From NCBI GenBank assembly GCA_002269645.1, contig NIVC01000910.1, positions 1 to 64,000 on the forward strand: a stretch of 64,000 nucleotides of DNA. The letters are read 5' to 3'. Each line of letters starts with the position of its first letter. Positions within the stretch are counted from its first letter, which is position 1. The notes under the pieces were generated by a model. The model did no database searches. It was not told the DNA's origin and saw nothing but the letters and a program-made list of their open reading frames with translations. A program made the translations under genes and the position numbers. Source of the stretch: Macrostomum lignano. Lineage: Eukaryota. This document shows, piece by piece, positions 11,971 through 25,312 of this stretch.

Positions 11971-14900
11971 GAATAGAATAGAATAGAATAGAATAGAATA
12001 GAATAGAATAGAATAGAATAGAATAGAATACAATAGAATAGAATAGAATAGAATAGAATAGAATAGAATAGAATAGAATAGAATAGAATAGAATAGAATA
12101 GAATAGAATACAATAGAATAGAATAGAATAGAATAGAATAGAATAGAATAGAATAGAATAGAATAGAATAGAATAGAATAGAATAGAATAGAATAGAATA
12201 GAATAGAATAGAATAGAATAGAATAGAATAGAATAGAATAGAATAGAATAGAATAGAATACAATAGAATAGAATATTCTTGGATACTGCACTGTCTAAGA
12301 AGAATTATTTATTCTTTTTTCTCTTTAGACTGTTATTTTTGGCTGCTAAGAAATTATTTTACCTCGCGTACTTCAGCCGCACTACTAAGTAGTGCAAAAA
12401 GGATATGAAAGGTAGAATCGTGTTTTATGCGCATAGCGAATGACTTTGCGACTGTCAATACACATTACTGGACTGGTCACCAGAGGAAATGTGCTATAGC
12501 AAATTATCTATGCAACAAACATACTGCGCGAGAACACACTGCCCTTCCATGGGGGCGCTGTATTTGGGAGTGCTGTCTTTGGGTGGCGCTTGATCTCGCC
12601 ACACTGATTTTGGGCGAGATTCTTACCAGCCCTCTGAGATCCGCCCTCTCTCCCCGGATTCACCCAGCAGCGCAAGCCGGTGGTGGGCAGCAGGAGGCCA
12701 TCGGGCTGCAGAGGCCCCAAACCGGAGCCCCACAGAAGCTGCTGCTCTTCGGTGGCAGAGGAATAGAATAGAATAGAATAGAATAGAATAGAATAGAATA
12801 GAATAGAATAGAATAGAATAGAATAGAATAGAATAGAATAGAATAGAATAGAATAGAATAGAATAGAATATAATAGAATAGAATACAATAGAATAGAATA
12901 TTCTTGGATACTGCACTGTCTAAGAAGAATTATTTATTCTTTTTTCTCTTTAGACTGTTATTTTTGGCTGCTAAGAAATTATTTTACCTCGCGTACTTCA
13001 GCCGCACTACTAAGTAGTGCAAAAAGGATATGAAAGGTAGAATCGTGTTTTATGCGCATAGCGAATGACTTTGCGACTGTCAATACACATTACTGGACTG
13101 GTCACCAGAGGAAATGTGCTATAGCAAATTATCTATGCAACAAACATACTGCGCGAGAACACACTGCCCTTCCATGGGGGCGCTGTATTTGGGAGTGCTG
13201 TCTTTGGGTGGCGCTTGATCTCGCCACACTGATTTTGGGCGAGATTCTTACCAGCCCTCTGAGATCCGCCCTCTCTCCCCGGATTCACCCAGCAGCGCAA
13301 GCCGGTGGTGGGCAGCAGGAGGCCATCGGGCTGCAGAGGCCCCAAACCGGAGCCCCACAGAAGCTGCTGCTCTTCGGTGGCAGAGGAATAGAATAGAATA
13401 GAATAGAATAGAATAGAATAGAATAGAATAGAATAGAATAGAATAGAATAGAATAGAATAGAATAGAATAGAATAGAATAGAATACAATAGAATAGAATA
13501 TTCTTGGATACTGCACTGTCTAAGAAGAATTATTTATTCTTTTTTCTCTTTAGACTGTTATTTTTGGCTGCTAAGAAATTATTTTACCTCGCGTACTTCA
13601 GCCGCACTACTAAGTAGTGCAAAAAGGATATGAAAGGTAGAATCGTGTTTTATGCGCATAGCGAATGACTTTGCGACTGTCAATACACATTACTGGACTG
13701 GTCACCAGAGGAAATGTGCTATAGCAAATTATCTATGCAACAAACATACTGCGCGAGAACACACTGCCCTTCCATGGGGGCGCTGTATTTGGGAGTGCTG
13801 TCTTTGGGTGGCGCTTGATCTCGCCACACTGATTTTGGGCGAGATTCTTACCAGCCCTCTGAGATCCGCCCTCTCTCCCCGGACTCACCCAGCAGCGCAA
13901 GCCGGTGGTGGGCAGCAGGAGGCCATCGGGCTGCAGAGGCCCCAAACCGGAGCCCCACAGAAGCTGCTGCTCTTCGGTGGCAGAGGAATAGAATAGAATA
14001 GAATAGAATAGAATAGAATAGAATAGAATAGAATAGAATAGAATAGAATAGAATAGAATAGAATAGAATACAATAGAATAGAATATTCTTGGATACTGCA
14101 CTGTCTAAGAAGAATTATTTATTCTTTTTTCTCTTTAGACTGTTATTTTTGGCTGCTAAGAAATTATTTTACCTCGCGTACTTCAGCCGCACTACTAAGT
14201 AGTGCAAAAAGGATATGAAAGGTAGAATCGTGTTTTATGCGCATAGCGAATGACTTTGCGACTGTCAATACACATTACTGGACTGGTCACCAGAGGAAAT
14301 GTGCTATAGCAAATTATCTATGCAACAAACATACTGCGCGAGAACACACTGCCCTTCCATGGGGGCGCTGTATTTGGGAGTGCTGTCTTTGGGTGGCGCT
14401 TGATCTCGCCACACTGATTTTGGGCGAGATTCTTACCAGCCCTCTGAGATCCGCCCTCTCTCCCCGGATTCACCCAGCAGCGCAAGCCGGTGGTGGGCAG
14501 CAGGAGGCCATCGGGCTGCAGAGGCCCCAAACCGGAGCCCCACAGAAGCTGCTGCTCTTCGGTGGCAGAGGAATAGAATAGAATAGAATAGAATAGAATA
14601 GAATAGAATAGAATAGAATAGAATAGAATAGAATAGAATAGAATAGAATAGAATAGAATACAATAGAATAGAATATTCTTGGATACTGCACTGTCTAAGA
14701 AGAATTATTTATTCTTTTTTCTCTTTAGACTGTTATTTTTGGCTGCTAAGAAATTATTTTACCTCGCGTACTTCAGCCGCACTACTAAGTAGTGCAAAAA
14801 GGATATGAAAGGTAGAATCGTGTTTTATGCGCATAGCGAATGACTTTGCGACTGTCAATACACATTACTGGACTGGTCACCAGAGGAAATGTGCTATAGC

Positions 14901-17900
14901 AAATTATCTATGCAACAAACATACTGCGCGAGAACACACTGCCCTTCCATGGGGGCGCTGTATTTGGGAGTGCTGTCTTTGGGTGGCGCTTGATCTCGCC
15001 ACACTGATTTTGGGCGAGATTCTTACCAGCCCTCTGAGATCCGCCCTCTCTCCCCGGACTCACCCAGCAGCGCAAGCCGGTGGTGGGCAGCAGGAGGCCA
15101 TCGGGCTGCAGAGGCCCCAAACCGGAGCCCCACAGAAGCTGCTGCTCTTCGGTGGCAGAGGAATAGAATAGAATAGAATAGAATAGAATAGAATAGAATA
15201 GAATAGAATAGAATAGAATAGAATAGAATAGAATAGAATAGAATAGAATAGAATAGAATAGAATAGAATATAATAGAATAGAATACAATAGAATAGAATA
15301 TTCTTGGATACTGCACTGTCTAAGAAGAATTATTTATTCTTTTTTCTCTTTAGACTGTTATTTTTGGCTGCTAAGAAATTATTTTACCTCGCGTACTTCA
15401 GCCGCACTACTAAGTAGTGCAAAAAGGATATGAAAGGTAGAATCGTGTTTTATGCGCATAGCGAATGACTTTGCGACTGTCAATACACATTACTGGACTG
15501 GTCACCAGAGGAAATGTGCTATAGCAAATTATCTATGCAACAAACATACTGCGCGAGAACACACTGCCCTTCCATGGGGGCGCTGTATTTGGGAGTGCTG
15601 TCTTTGGGTGGCGCTTGATCTCGCCACACTGATTTTGGGCGAGATTCTTACCAGCCCTCTGAGATCCGCCCTCTCTCCCCGGATTCACCCAGCAGCGCAA
15701 GCCGGTGGTGGGCAGCAGGAGGCCATCGGGCTGCAGAGGCCCCAAACCGGAGCCCCACAGAAGCTGCTGCTCTTCGGTGGCAGAGGAATAGAATAGAATA
15801 GAATAGAATAGAATAGAATAGAATAGAATAGAATAGAATAGAATAGAATAGAATAGAATAGAATAGAATAGAATAGAATAGAATAGAATAGAATACAATA
15901 GAATAGAATATTCTTGGATACTGCACTGTCTAAGAAGAATTATTTATTCTTTTTTCTCTTTAGACTGTTATTTTTGGCTGCTAAGAAATTATTTTACCTC
16001 GCGTACTTCAGCCGCACTACTAAGTAGTGCAAAAAGGATATGAAAGGTAGAATCGTGTTTTATGCGCATAGCGAATGACTTTGCGACTGTCAATACACAT
16101 TACTGGACTGGTCACCAGAGGAAATGTGCTATAGCAAATTATCTATGCAACAAACATACTGCGCGAGAACACACTGCCCTTCCATGGGGGCGCTGTATTT
16201 GGGAGTGCTGTCTTTGGGTGGCGCTTGATCTCGCCACACTGATTTTGGGCGAGATTCTTACCAGCCCTCTGAGATCCGCCCTCTCTCCCCGGATTCACCC
16301 AGCAGCGCAAGCCGGTGGTGGGCAGCAGGAGGCCATCGGGCTGCAGAGGCCCCAAACCGGAGCCCCACAGAAGCTGCTGCTCTTCGGTGGCAGAGGAATA
16401 GAATAGAATAGAATAGAATAGAATAGAATAGAATAGAATAGAATAGAATAGAATAGAATAGAATAGAATAGAATAGAATAGAATAGAATAGAATAGAATA
16501 GAATACAATAGAATAGAATATTCTTGGATACTGCACTGTCTAAGAAGAATTATTTATTCTTTTTTCTCTTTAGACTGTTATTTTTGGCTGCTAAGAAATT
16601 ATTTTACCTCGCGTACTTCAGCCGCACTACTAAGTAGTGCAAAAAGGATATGAAAGGTAGAATCGTGTTTTATGCGCATAGCGAATGACTTTGCGACTGT
16701 CAATACACATTACTGGACTGGTCACCAGAGGAAATGTGCTATAGCAAATTATCTATGCAACAAACATACTGCGCGAGAACACACTGCCCTTCCATGGGGG
16801 CGCTGTATTTGGGAGTGCTGTCTTTGGGTGGCGCTTGATCTCGCCACACTGATTTTGGGCGAGATTCTTACCAGCCCTCTGAGATCCGCCCTCTCTCCCC
16901 GGATTCACCCAGCAGCGCAAGCCGGTGGTGGGCAGCAGGAGGCCATCGGGCTGCAGAGGCCCCAAACCGGAGCCCCACAGAAGCTGCTGCTCTTCGGTGG
17001 CAGAGGAATAGAATAGAATAGAATAGAATAGAATAGAATAGAATAGAATAGAATAGAATAGAATAGAATAGAATAGAATAGAATAGAATAGAATACAATA
17101 GAATAGAATATTCTTGGATACTGCACTGTCTAAGAAGAATTATTTATTCTTTTTTCTCTTTAGACTGTTATTTTTGGCTGCTAAGAAATTATTTTACCTC
17201 GCGTACTTCAGCCGCACTACTAAGTAGTGCAAAAAGGATATGAAAGGTAGAATCGTGTTTTATGCGCATAGCGAATGACTTTGCGACTGTCAATACACAT
17301 TACTGGACTGGTCACCAGAGGAAATGTGCTATAGCAAATTATCTATGCAACAAACATACTGCGCGAGAACACACTGCCCTTCCATGGGGGCGCTGTATTT
17401 GGGAGTGCTGTCTTTGGGTGGCGCTTGATCTCGCCACACTGATTTTGGGCGAGATTCTTACCAGCCCTCTGAGATCCGCCCTCTCTCCCCGGACTCACCC
17501 AGCAGCGCAAGCCGGTGGTGGGCAGCAGGAGGCCATCGGGCTGCAGAGGCCCCAAACCGGAGCCCCACAGAAGCTGCTGCTCTTCGGTGGCAGAGGAATA
17601 GAATAGAATAGAATAGAATAGAATAGAATAGAATAGAATAGAATAGAATAGAATAGAATAGAATAGAATACAATAGAATAGAATATTCTTGGATACTGCA
17701 CTGTCTAAGAAGAATTATTTATTCTTTTTTCTCTTTAGACTGTTATTTTTGGCTGCTAAGAAATTATTTTACCTCGCGTACTTCAGCCGCACTACTAAGT
17801 AGTGCAAAAAGGATATGAAAGGTAGAATCGTGTTTTATGCGCATAGCGAATGACTTTGCGACTGTCAATACACATTACTGGACTGGTCACCAGAGGAAAT

Positions 17901-18018
17901 GTGCTATAGCAAATTATCTATGCAACAAACATACTGCGCGAGAACACACTGCCCTTCCATGGGGGCGCTGTATTTGGGAGTGCTGTCTTTGGGTGGCGCT
18001 TGATCTCGCCACACTGAT
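11955..18018 (+). repeat. Macrosatellite: 10 units of a ~485-bp core separated by variable (GAATA)n (period 575-625 bp; last unit truncated)
   Basis: Identical ORFs recur at 12427, 13052, 13652, 14237, 14827, 15452, 16062, 16672, 17262 and 17837. The first GAATA tract spans 11971-12275. Confidence 0.98.
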
Positions 18019-18312
18019 CCATTGGCACTGGAGTTATCGCAGCTATTCTTAACAAAATAACTCAGGTTGAAAGAGATCTTGCAGAGTGGATCGCGAATAA
18101 TATATATTTGCTACTTTTCCTCTGCAGTGCTTGAGGCTCTAGCTTAATCAGCTTTCCAGATATTCAATGGCGGAGATTCCGAAAAATTCTAATGTATTCA
18201 AATGGGGGAATTCGGGAAAATCAATCAGGAATTGCCAAGCTGTAGTAATAAACTCAGATTTGAGATTCTACAGATCATTAGAGCGTGCCAGTCGGTGTCT
18301 TCCGCAGAATGA

Positions 18313-18556
18313 AGGTTCTTGGGTCAGGATAGGAGATTCTTGGGTGAGGCTATTCTTGGGTCAGCATGGAAGATTATTGGGTCAGGATAGGAGATTCTTG
18401 GGTGAGGCTATTCTTGGGTCAGCATGGAAGATTATTGGGTCAGGATAGGAGATTCTTGGGTGAGGCTATTCTTGGGTCAGCATGGAAGATTCTTGGGTCA
18501 GGATAGGAGATTCTTGGGTGAGGCTATTCTTGGGTCAGCATGGAAGATTCTTGGGT
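18313..18556 (+). repeat. ~57-bp minisatellite (about 4 copies) built on TTCTTGGGT subunits
   Basis: TTCTTGGGTCAGGATAGGAGATTCTTGGGTGAGGCTATTCTTGGGTCAGCATGGAAGA repeated. Confidence 0.9.
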
Positions 18557-19487
18557 ACTGACACTTCGATGACATGTTTTATCAGTTTGAAGAATACCTT
18601 GCACGGCTTTAGACTCAGTTTTCGAGCTGGTATCTAAGCACAGTCTCATTCAAGCTGTAGTTAAGCCAGTATTATCTTCACTTCAGCAGCGCATACAACT
18701 TATCCGATTTCAGTGGCGTCCTGGTTCATTTTGCCCCTACTGAGCGGTGGAATCTCCATTGCCCTGTTCTACTTTATCCAGGTCTTCATCCTTATACTAA
18801 GGTGATTATGTAAAGCTTTAAAAATGTTTACTTTTAATTTGTGATTGTGTGCACAAGCGCGCACTAGCAGAGGCGCACACTGGCAGAGGCGCGCACCGGC
18901 ACAAGAGCGCAGCAGCACAAGAGCGCACTGGCAGAGGCGCGCACTTTTGACACGCTGTAGCATAAGCGCGCTGTCTGTCTGTCTGTCTGTCAGACGGCAT
19001 GTCTGAGAGAAACCCTACAAACTGAAACACACAGGGAAGGCAGAAACAAGTATTTGCAGAATGCGAGTAAAAACAGACGCCAGCCTATAAATTGGTCCAT
19101 AAAATATTTCTTTATATTGTTTGTCACAGATAAGACGCCCAAGCTAATTACAAAAAAACAGCCGCAAAAAAGATTAAGCTGAAAATTGTCTGCCCAACCA
19201 AATTTAAAAACTGTTAAAAGACCAACAATTAAAGTAATAAAGTTGAAGAGAAAAAATACAATAGTAGGCACTATCTACTGCTATAGGTAAAATTAAACGA
19301 GGCACTGATAAGAAAACGATAAAAAATATTTTACGAGCGTACTACCAAAGCGAGAGAAAAGTGAGGGATGGAAAAATAACAGATAAAATTGAAAAAGTCC
19401 ATAAACAGACCGACACCGCAGATAATAGTTAAACAGCTACAACTAGCTACTTAAGGACAGTAGTGCAAGCGCATGCTAGTGCAGTTT

Positions 19488-20981
19488 TTAAATAATCGAC
19501 GAATTCAGCCGGAAATTCGGCTCCGAGTTCAGCTGCTGGTAACCAGACAGTGTGGCGTCGAATTCGCCCTCGTAATCTTCGTCATCGTTATCCACTTTGA
19601 CATCAAGATCGAGGTCGTCCTCGGATTTCGGATCGGCGGAGGCCTGCAGGTTAGGGGTGGCGACCGAGTTTTTGAAAGGCCATTTGAGGACAGGGAGATG
19701 ATGATAAATGAGGTCATTCAAGGATGAGGAAATATATGCCATGAAAGGTCGATATTTAGGGACACGGACAGGGGTCATGTAGGACAAGACAAGGGGTTAT
19801 TTAGGGACATGAGTATTGGTCATTTAAGGTCACAAACATCATGACGGTATCACATGTTTAGTTGCACGCATATAAAGTGGTGAGTCATACATTAACATGG
19901 GTTGATAAAATTTCCCAGCTCACCGATCGATTATAGCCTAGCCGGGAGTCGGTCTCGCCGTCTCGACTATCGTCGTTGCCCCCAGCCAGCGATGCGGCTA
20001 AACAAGCGGCCACATCGAAGGCGGTTGTAGCGGCAGCAGCGTTAGCAGCAGTCCTACTACCCATAGTATTGCTGCCTAACACAGCAGCGCCGGTAGTATT
20101 CGCCAGTGGCAAATAAATTTTTCTAGCCACCACCGTCTGCTTCTGCTGCTGCTGCTGGCTGTCAGAGCCGGTCGCTCCCGATGCCGGGTATCGCCGACGG
20201 CCGGAACGGGCGCGCAGCTGCGGCTCCCCTGCACTCAGGCGTCTCTGCGCGAGAGATAAGAATAGGAAAGGGGTCAAATGAGGACAATAATTCTAAGCAG
20301 AGGTCATTTCAGGACAAAAATCAACCCTGGGGTCAGTTGAGGACAAAAGTCTACCCAGGGGTCATTTGAGGACAGAATCTATCTGGAGGTCATTTGAGGA
20401 CAAACTAATATACGTAAAGATCATTTGAGGGCAAACATCTACCGTGGGGTCATTGAAGACAGAGGTTATTTGGGGCAAAAAAAGTGCGCAGGGGTCAACT
20501 GTCCTTACCTGGCCAACAGTTGTGACGGCGGCGGCGGAGGCGGCGCACCACCCCGTCGGAACAAGGCGGCAGCGTCAGCGCCTTTGACAGTCGCCGATTG
20601 GCCCGCCTGGGTCGGCCGCCGAGATCGCCAAGACTGGGCGACATGGACGACGCCTGCTCCGTCGAAGACTGCTGCGGCAGAGTTGTTGTTAAAGAGTCGG
20701 TGGCCATCGACGCGGCAGCGGCGACGGCGGCTGCGGCCGTGGCGTCGAGTAGAGGCTGGTCCAAGACAACGGCTGCCGACAGCTGCTGGCGAGAGCAGAC
20801 GGCTCGACTCGAAGGCTCTGCTGGCAGGCGCGGCAACAGCGGCGCCGAATGATGAAGCGCAGTTTAGCCGAACGATCGCGCTCCGCAAGGACCTGCAATT
20901 GCAGCTGCATGCGAAGATTGGTCAGGTCCATCTGGAGGTCGTCCACACGATGCAGGCGTTTCTCGTAGTGCTGCCGAATCT
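19488..20981 (-). CDS. 3' exons of a DLK/LZK (MAP3K12/13)-like kinase gene; kinase domain not in the window
   Basis: The exon starting at 20981 (CCCCAG acceptor) encodes IRQHYEKRLHRVDDLQMDLTNLRMQLQL, matching the DLK second leucine zipper [28 protein letters not shown]. Further exons lie near 20244 and 19650-19488 (acidic tail). At least one frameshift is needed. Confidence 0.55.
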
Positions 20982-21334
20982 CTGGGGCGAAAGAAATGAC
21001 AAGAGACTGTTAGGCGGCAAACAAGGACACAGGACTTCTAGAGGTTAAAGGACACAAAAGGTCTCTTAGAGGTCGAATGAGAACACAGAACTATAAGGGT
21101 AAAATGAGGACACAGGACTGTTAGGGGTCAAATGAGGACACGGGACTGTTGAGGGTCAATTGAGGACACGGAGCTGTTATGGGTCAAACTAGGACACGCG
21201 GGGACTGTTGTTGTGATAAGTTTTTGCATCATGTAGCAAACAGACCATGGCACATTTGCACTAATGCACCATATCTAGACCAGCAGTATCTGAAATAGAA
21301 GCAAAAGCCATTTATAAGATAATATACATGTAGG

Positions 21335-21626
21335 TCAGTGAAGCAAATATCTAAAATTGTTAACAGAAGTATAAAAGAAAAATGAACAAGAAAAAATGGT
21401 GCTCAGTTAGCCGATTCTAAAAGTGAATCGTGGATCCCCTGAGCCACGAAGAGGCCGAACACCGTTCAGGGGGTTAATCCATAGTTCACTTTGCAGAGCA
21501 AAACAAATTCCACAGCACAGTAAACAGTGCACAGCGGTCTTTTGCAGCATTGAACTAAGGATCAATCCCGCCACTAAGAGCGGGAAGCCACAGCAAGAAA
21601 TGCAAAGCGGCCAGCTTTTTGAAAGC
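21335..21626 (+). repeat. 292-bp direct repeat, copy A (partner 25313-25604)
   Basis: Appears identical by eye; offset 3978 bp. Confidence 0.97.
21398..21472 (-). ncRNA. HDV-like self-cleaving ribozyme, copy A
   Basis: RNA sense: P1 CCCCUGA/UCAGGGG; P2 GGUGUUC-G/C-U-GAGCACC; P3 GCC/GGC; L3 UCUUCGU; P4 CGAUUC/GAAUCG; J4/2 GCUAA with the putative catalytic C at 21410. Confidence 0.82.
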
Positions 21627-21694
21627 CGATAAAATCTTATAGCGAACTCCCCATGCAACGGGGGCTGATGGTTTCAGAGAATAAACTTAGCCTT

Positions 21695-23733
21695 TCAGTC
21701 TTTAAGCCACGGATGCAGTCGAAGCACATCCGAGCGCCTTTCTCCATAATCGTAGAGTAGCTCCTCGCCTCGAGCAATGTCTCGAATGGCTTGGAAGACC
21801 AGATGCGGTTTATTGTTTACATCAGCAACAATCGGCTTCAAGTTATTTCTTCGCCGGCTATGGTTAATGTACCGACCGACGTACTGGAAAGTGTTGGTTG
21901 CGTCGATGCAATAAGCTTGATCTCGCCAGGAAAAGAAAAACAAGAAGCAGCATGGCTTCCCTTGCTTTACAATATCTTCCTCCCGGGCGAGGCGTGCTTT
22001 TTGTCCTTGGATTAATTCTCCACCGTAAGTACAGACGACAGTGCCTTTTGGGAGGTCCGTACGGGCAAATGCCCCCAGACCCTCTGCGTCGACGCTACCG
22101 GCCTGAACCACGACGTTGCCGGTAGAAATCATTGTCTGTCGAACCACATCGGCCATAGTGAGTTGCCTCATAGACGCCATTTCGGTCGGCAGGGATCGCT
22201 CTGGACTCCCACGGCTAGCTCGGCCGTGAGGCGTCACGTGAAGGAGCGGCGTGCATGCTCCGTCCGGAGTTGTGATAGTGTCCGGGACTAGACGCTCGCG
22301 ATTAGCTGCCATTGCAGGAGGGGCAACCGCAGCAGCGTGGCTATTTGAGTCCTCAGGCGAAGTCACAGTCGGCTCGAAAGGCGGATCATTGGACAGGCCA
22401 TCTTTATTGGCTTCTCCTCTTTGGAGCCGAACGCTAAGGGGAACCTGACAGTGAAGAAAATGAAGAGGACAAATGATTCATAGTGGTAACGGCATACAAA
22501 TGCAGATTAACCCCAACGCTTTAATCTTTGCATTGAATAAACATGCAACAAAATTGTTCCTAAGAACACTGTTTCACACAATAAACTGTGGACTTCATTT
22601 AGTTTGACCAACTTACTTCATTGGAGGTCGCCGGTACAGCGTCGGTAGATAAGGCGACGTCTATAGTTGCAGCAGCGGCAGACTCCGGGACCAGAAGCTC
22701 GCGATTAGCTGCCATTGCAGGAGGGGCAACCGCAGCAGCGTGGCTATTTGAGTCCTCAGGCGAAGTCACAGTCGGCTCGAAAGGCGGATCATTGGACAGG
22801 CCATCTTTATTGGCTTCTCCTCTTTGGAGCCGAACGCTAAGGGGAACCTGACAGTGAAGAAAAAAGTACATCATAATGGTTACAACATGCAATTAAAGAT
22901 GAACGTAACCCTTTGTTATTTTCATTAAACATACATGCAACCCAGCTGATGGTAAGATAATTGCTCTACACCATAAACCATGGGCCAGCATAAAAGACCC
23001 CACCCCTTGTTGTTAATCCCTAATATTTCCTTTTGAGCAAAGTATCTAAAAGCTTTTATTTATTCATTTTTCACTTTCATCTTCTCAAATTTACCAAACA
23101 TTCAACTTTTTAAGAAAAGTTGCGACCTGACCTGACCCGCGACCTGATGCTTTCAAGGTTACAGGCCGCAGCGTTTTAACAACAAAAAACCATGGACACA
23201 AATTTTAGTTTAACACACCTCATTGGAGGTCGCCATTTCAGCGTCGGTAGCTAAGTCCGCGTCCATTGTTATAGCGGCGGCAGATTCCGGCAGGCTTTCA
23301 AGCGGCAAGGCTGGATTAAGATTTAGTTGAGGCCGGATGCCGTAAAAGGCCAACAACCGCAGGCCCTCAATTCTGTCATATGCCCTTGCCCTCGCATCAG
23401 CTACGGCTGCACGGCCGACAACAAATGCTTCGCCGAAATGGCACAGCCGCATGTGTTGTCTCATATTAGAGGCGGCAAATGAGCTGCACAGCTGGCAAAG
23501 CTTTAAATCTCTTTTGCCATGCCAACGTTTGTAGAGAATGTAGGCTTCGACTCGATCGTAGTTTGCTGTATGCTTGCTTCGAGCGTGTCGAAGGAGGGTG
23601 GCGGACCGATTGGTGGAATAGTCACACATCGGGCAAATAAACTGGTCAGGGTCCATATTGAATTGATTCAAGTTTTCAACGTAAACGTTTAGAGTAAAAT
23701 TTAGTTCTCGATAAAACGTGTCGCGCAAACTTT
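21695..23733 (-). CDS. KMT5A-like: Double C2H2 zinc finger plus PR-Set7/SETD8-type SET histone methyltransferase (exons 23733-23219, 22847-22617, 22444-21695)
   Basis: SET motifs GLGAFA, YCIDAT, GRYINHS, RDIARGEELLYDYG and the C-terminal HPWLK typical of SETD8. Fingers CPMC..H..H and CQLC..H..H. Canonical GT-AG phase-0 joins. Confidence 0.85.
22251..22856 (-). repeat. Internal tandem duplication of a ~160-bp exon start plus acceptor
   Basis: VPLSVRLQRGEANKDG...AMAANRE is encoded twice (from 22847 and from 22444). Confidence 0.9.
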
Positions 23734-24018
23734 CTGAAAATGAGGAAAAATCAAAATGAAACCTTTAACTACGGTGAAAGATGAATGAACTAGGCATCTT
23801 GGTAATAGGTACTTTACAATGCACTCTTAAAGACTGTCAGACTGAAAGCAAAGAAGGCATGTTCCGCTCGCTCGTAGTCTCAGGACAATAATAAAAGGCA
23901 GCTGAACAGATCAAATCAAATGTTTATTTGAAAGGTTGGGCGATACAACGGACTTGATAACGCATTACAGTCCCGAATTTCTGCATAGTAGCATTAGGTT
24001 GCCAGTCACACTGAAGTT

Positions 24019-24607
24019 TTAAAGCAAATCGAGTAGTGAAACGGAATTCGAAATTGTAGGATTTGCATTTTGTTGCAACGAAACGCTGGGAGAAGCTGGA
24101 TTAAAAAAGCCATTGAAATCATTGTCTAACGTAGTTACACTACAACTGTGGCAGGGGCATGTACAATGGCTATCAGGGCAATTGAAAATGTTTGAACGTA
24201 AAACACTTGGACCGGAGAGCTGTGAATCGGCACACTTTTCGGAGGGGTTCCTGGCGGCTAGTGATTGCAGCTTAGAAATTAAAACTTCAGCGTTTTCTTT
24301 AGCCTCGTCTAAGTTATAGGTAGATTGCGAATTTCCATGTCTTAGATTGCTTTCCATGTTTTACCCTAACATGGCTTGGTAAATTCGAAGTGATAACACT
24401 GCAAACAGGACACTGATAGAGGTAACCCGATTCGGTTCGCTTCTTTGCCTTTAAAAGTCCAAAAAGGCGGATTGTGGCATCAATTTGCTCTTCAGTGGCA
24501 TCAGGGTGCTTTCGATTGCAATGTACCTTGAAACCAGATGCGCGTCCTGTCCAAGCATTGCAGATCAAACAGGAAATCTGCGTATGAACCTGCACCATGT
24601 GAGACAT
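24019..24607 (-). CDS. Double C2H2 zinc-finger ORF with a frameshift near 24340
   Basis: CLIC...HCNRKH and CPVC..SNLPSHVRVKH; an imperfect 19-nt duplication (ACATGGAAAGCAATCTAAG) shifts the frame into HGNSQSTYNLDEAKEN; same finger spacing as the SET gene. Confidence 0.6.
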
Positions 24608-25312
24608 TGTCCCGCGGGTGACATTCAAGAGCTGCGGGAAAACGTTGTGGGCTTATTATTATACTGCTTCCAGGGAGGTTAGGCAAATTAAGTCTTAATT
24701 TTTGTATTCTAAGACAATGACGGAGAGGAAATGCTTTAGAGTATAAAAAATTCTGAATCTCACATCTGAATCTCCTATCCTCTGATCGGAACCAGGTCTA
24801 TCTTCCAACATGAACATCCTTTCCTCTCAACTGAAACCCTCGAGTCCGAGTCAATAAGGCTACAGGCCAAGCAGGGTGCCATTAGTTAGTGTGGGCAGTT
24901 ACATTTTCAATCTCCCCAGCCAAGCCTAAAGTGCTGCTATAAATGGGATAATGAGTGCATGGCGGGATGGGTCACTGCTATTGCTTATGGTTAACACGTA
25001 ACAAAAGTAAAAGACAAAAATGTGTATATCACGATTACTAGTTCCACTTTTATTATACTTTCGCGCTATCTTTGAAGCAGTATGCAAATATACTATTGGC
25101 ATAGCGGGCGTCTAAACGCAGGCTAACATAAGAGAACTGACAAATTGCAGTGAGTGTCAAAGTGTAGTACAACGAAAAGGGACAAAAGTAAGACGCATAT
25201 GCGCCTCTCGCTGCAACGACAGGCGACTGCATATAAATGCATGAAATATTAAGTAATACAAACGAGAGAATAAAACACATTCAAGAAAGTTGCTCGTAGT
25301 TATAAATTTCAA

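Noticed and set aside
11955-18018. CRISPR-like repeat/spacer appearance
   Set aside because: The spacers are identical, the units are too long, the context is eukaryotic, and there are no cas genes.
11862-18052. YSILF and MRIANDF ORFs repeated ten times
   Set aside because: Products of the GAATA tracts and satellite cores; no protein motif or splice support.
21420-21490. Plus-strand nested hairpin read as a hammerhead or terminator
   Set aside because: It lacks the CUGAnGA/GAAA core and is better explained as the reverse complement of the HDV-like fold; the extra GUGAA/UGGAU pairing may be an alternative inhibitory structure in copies A and B.
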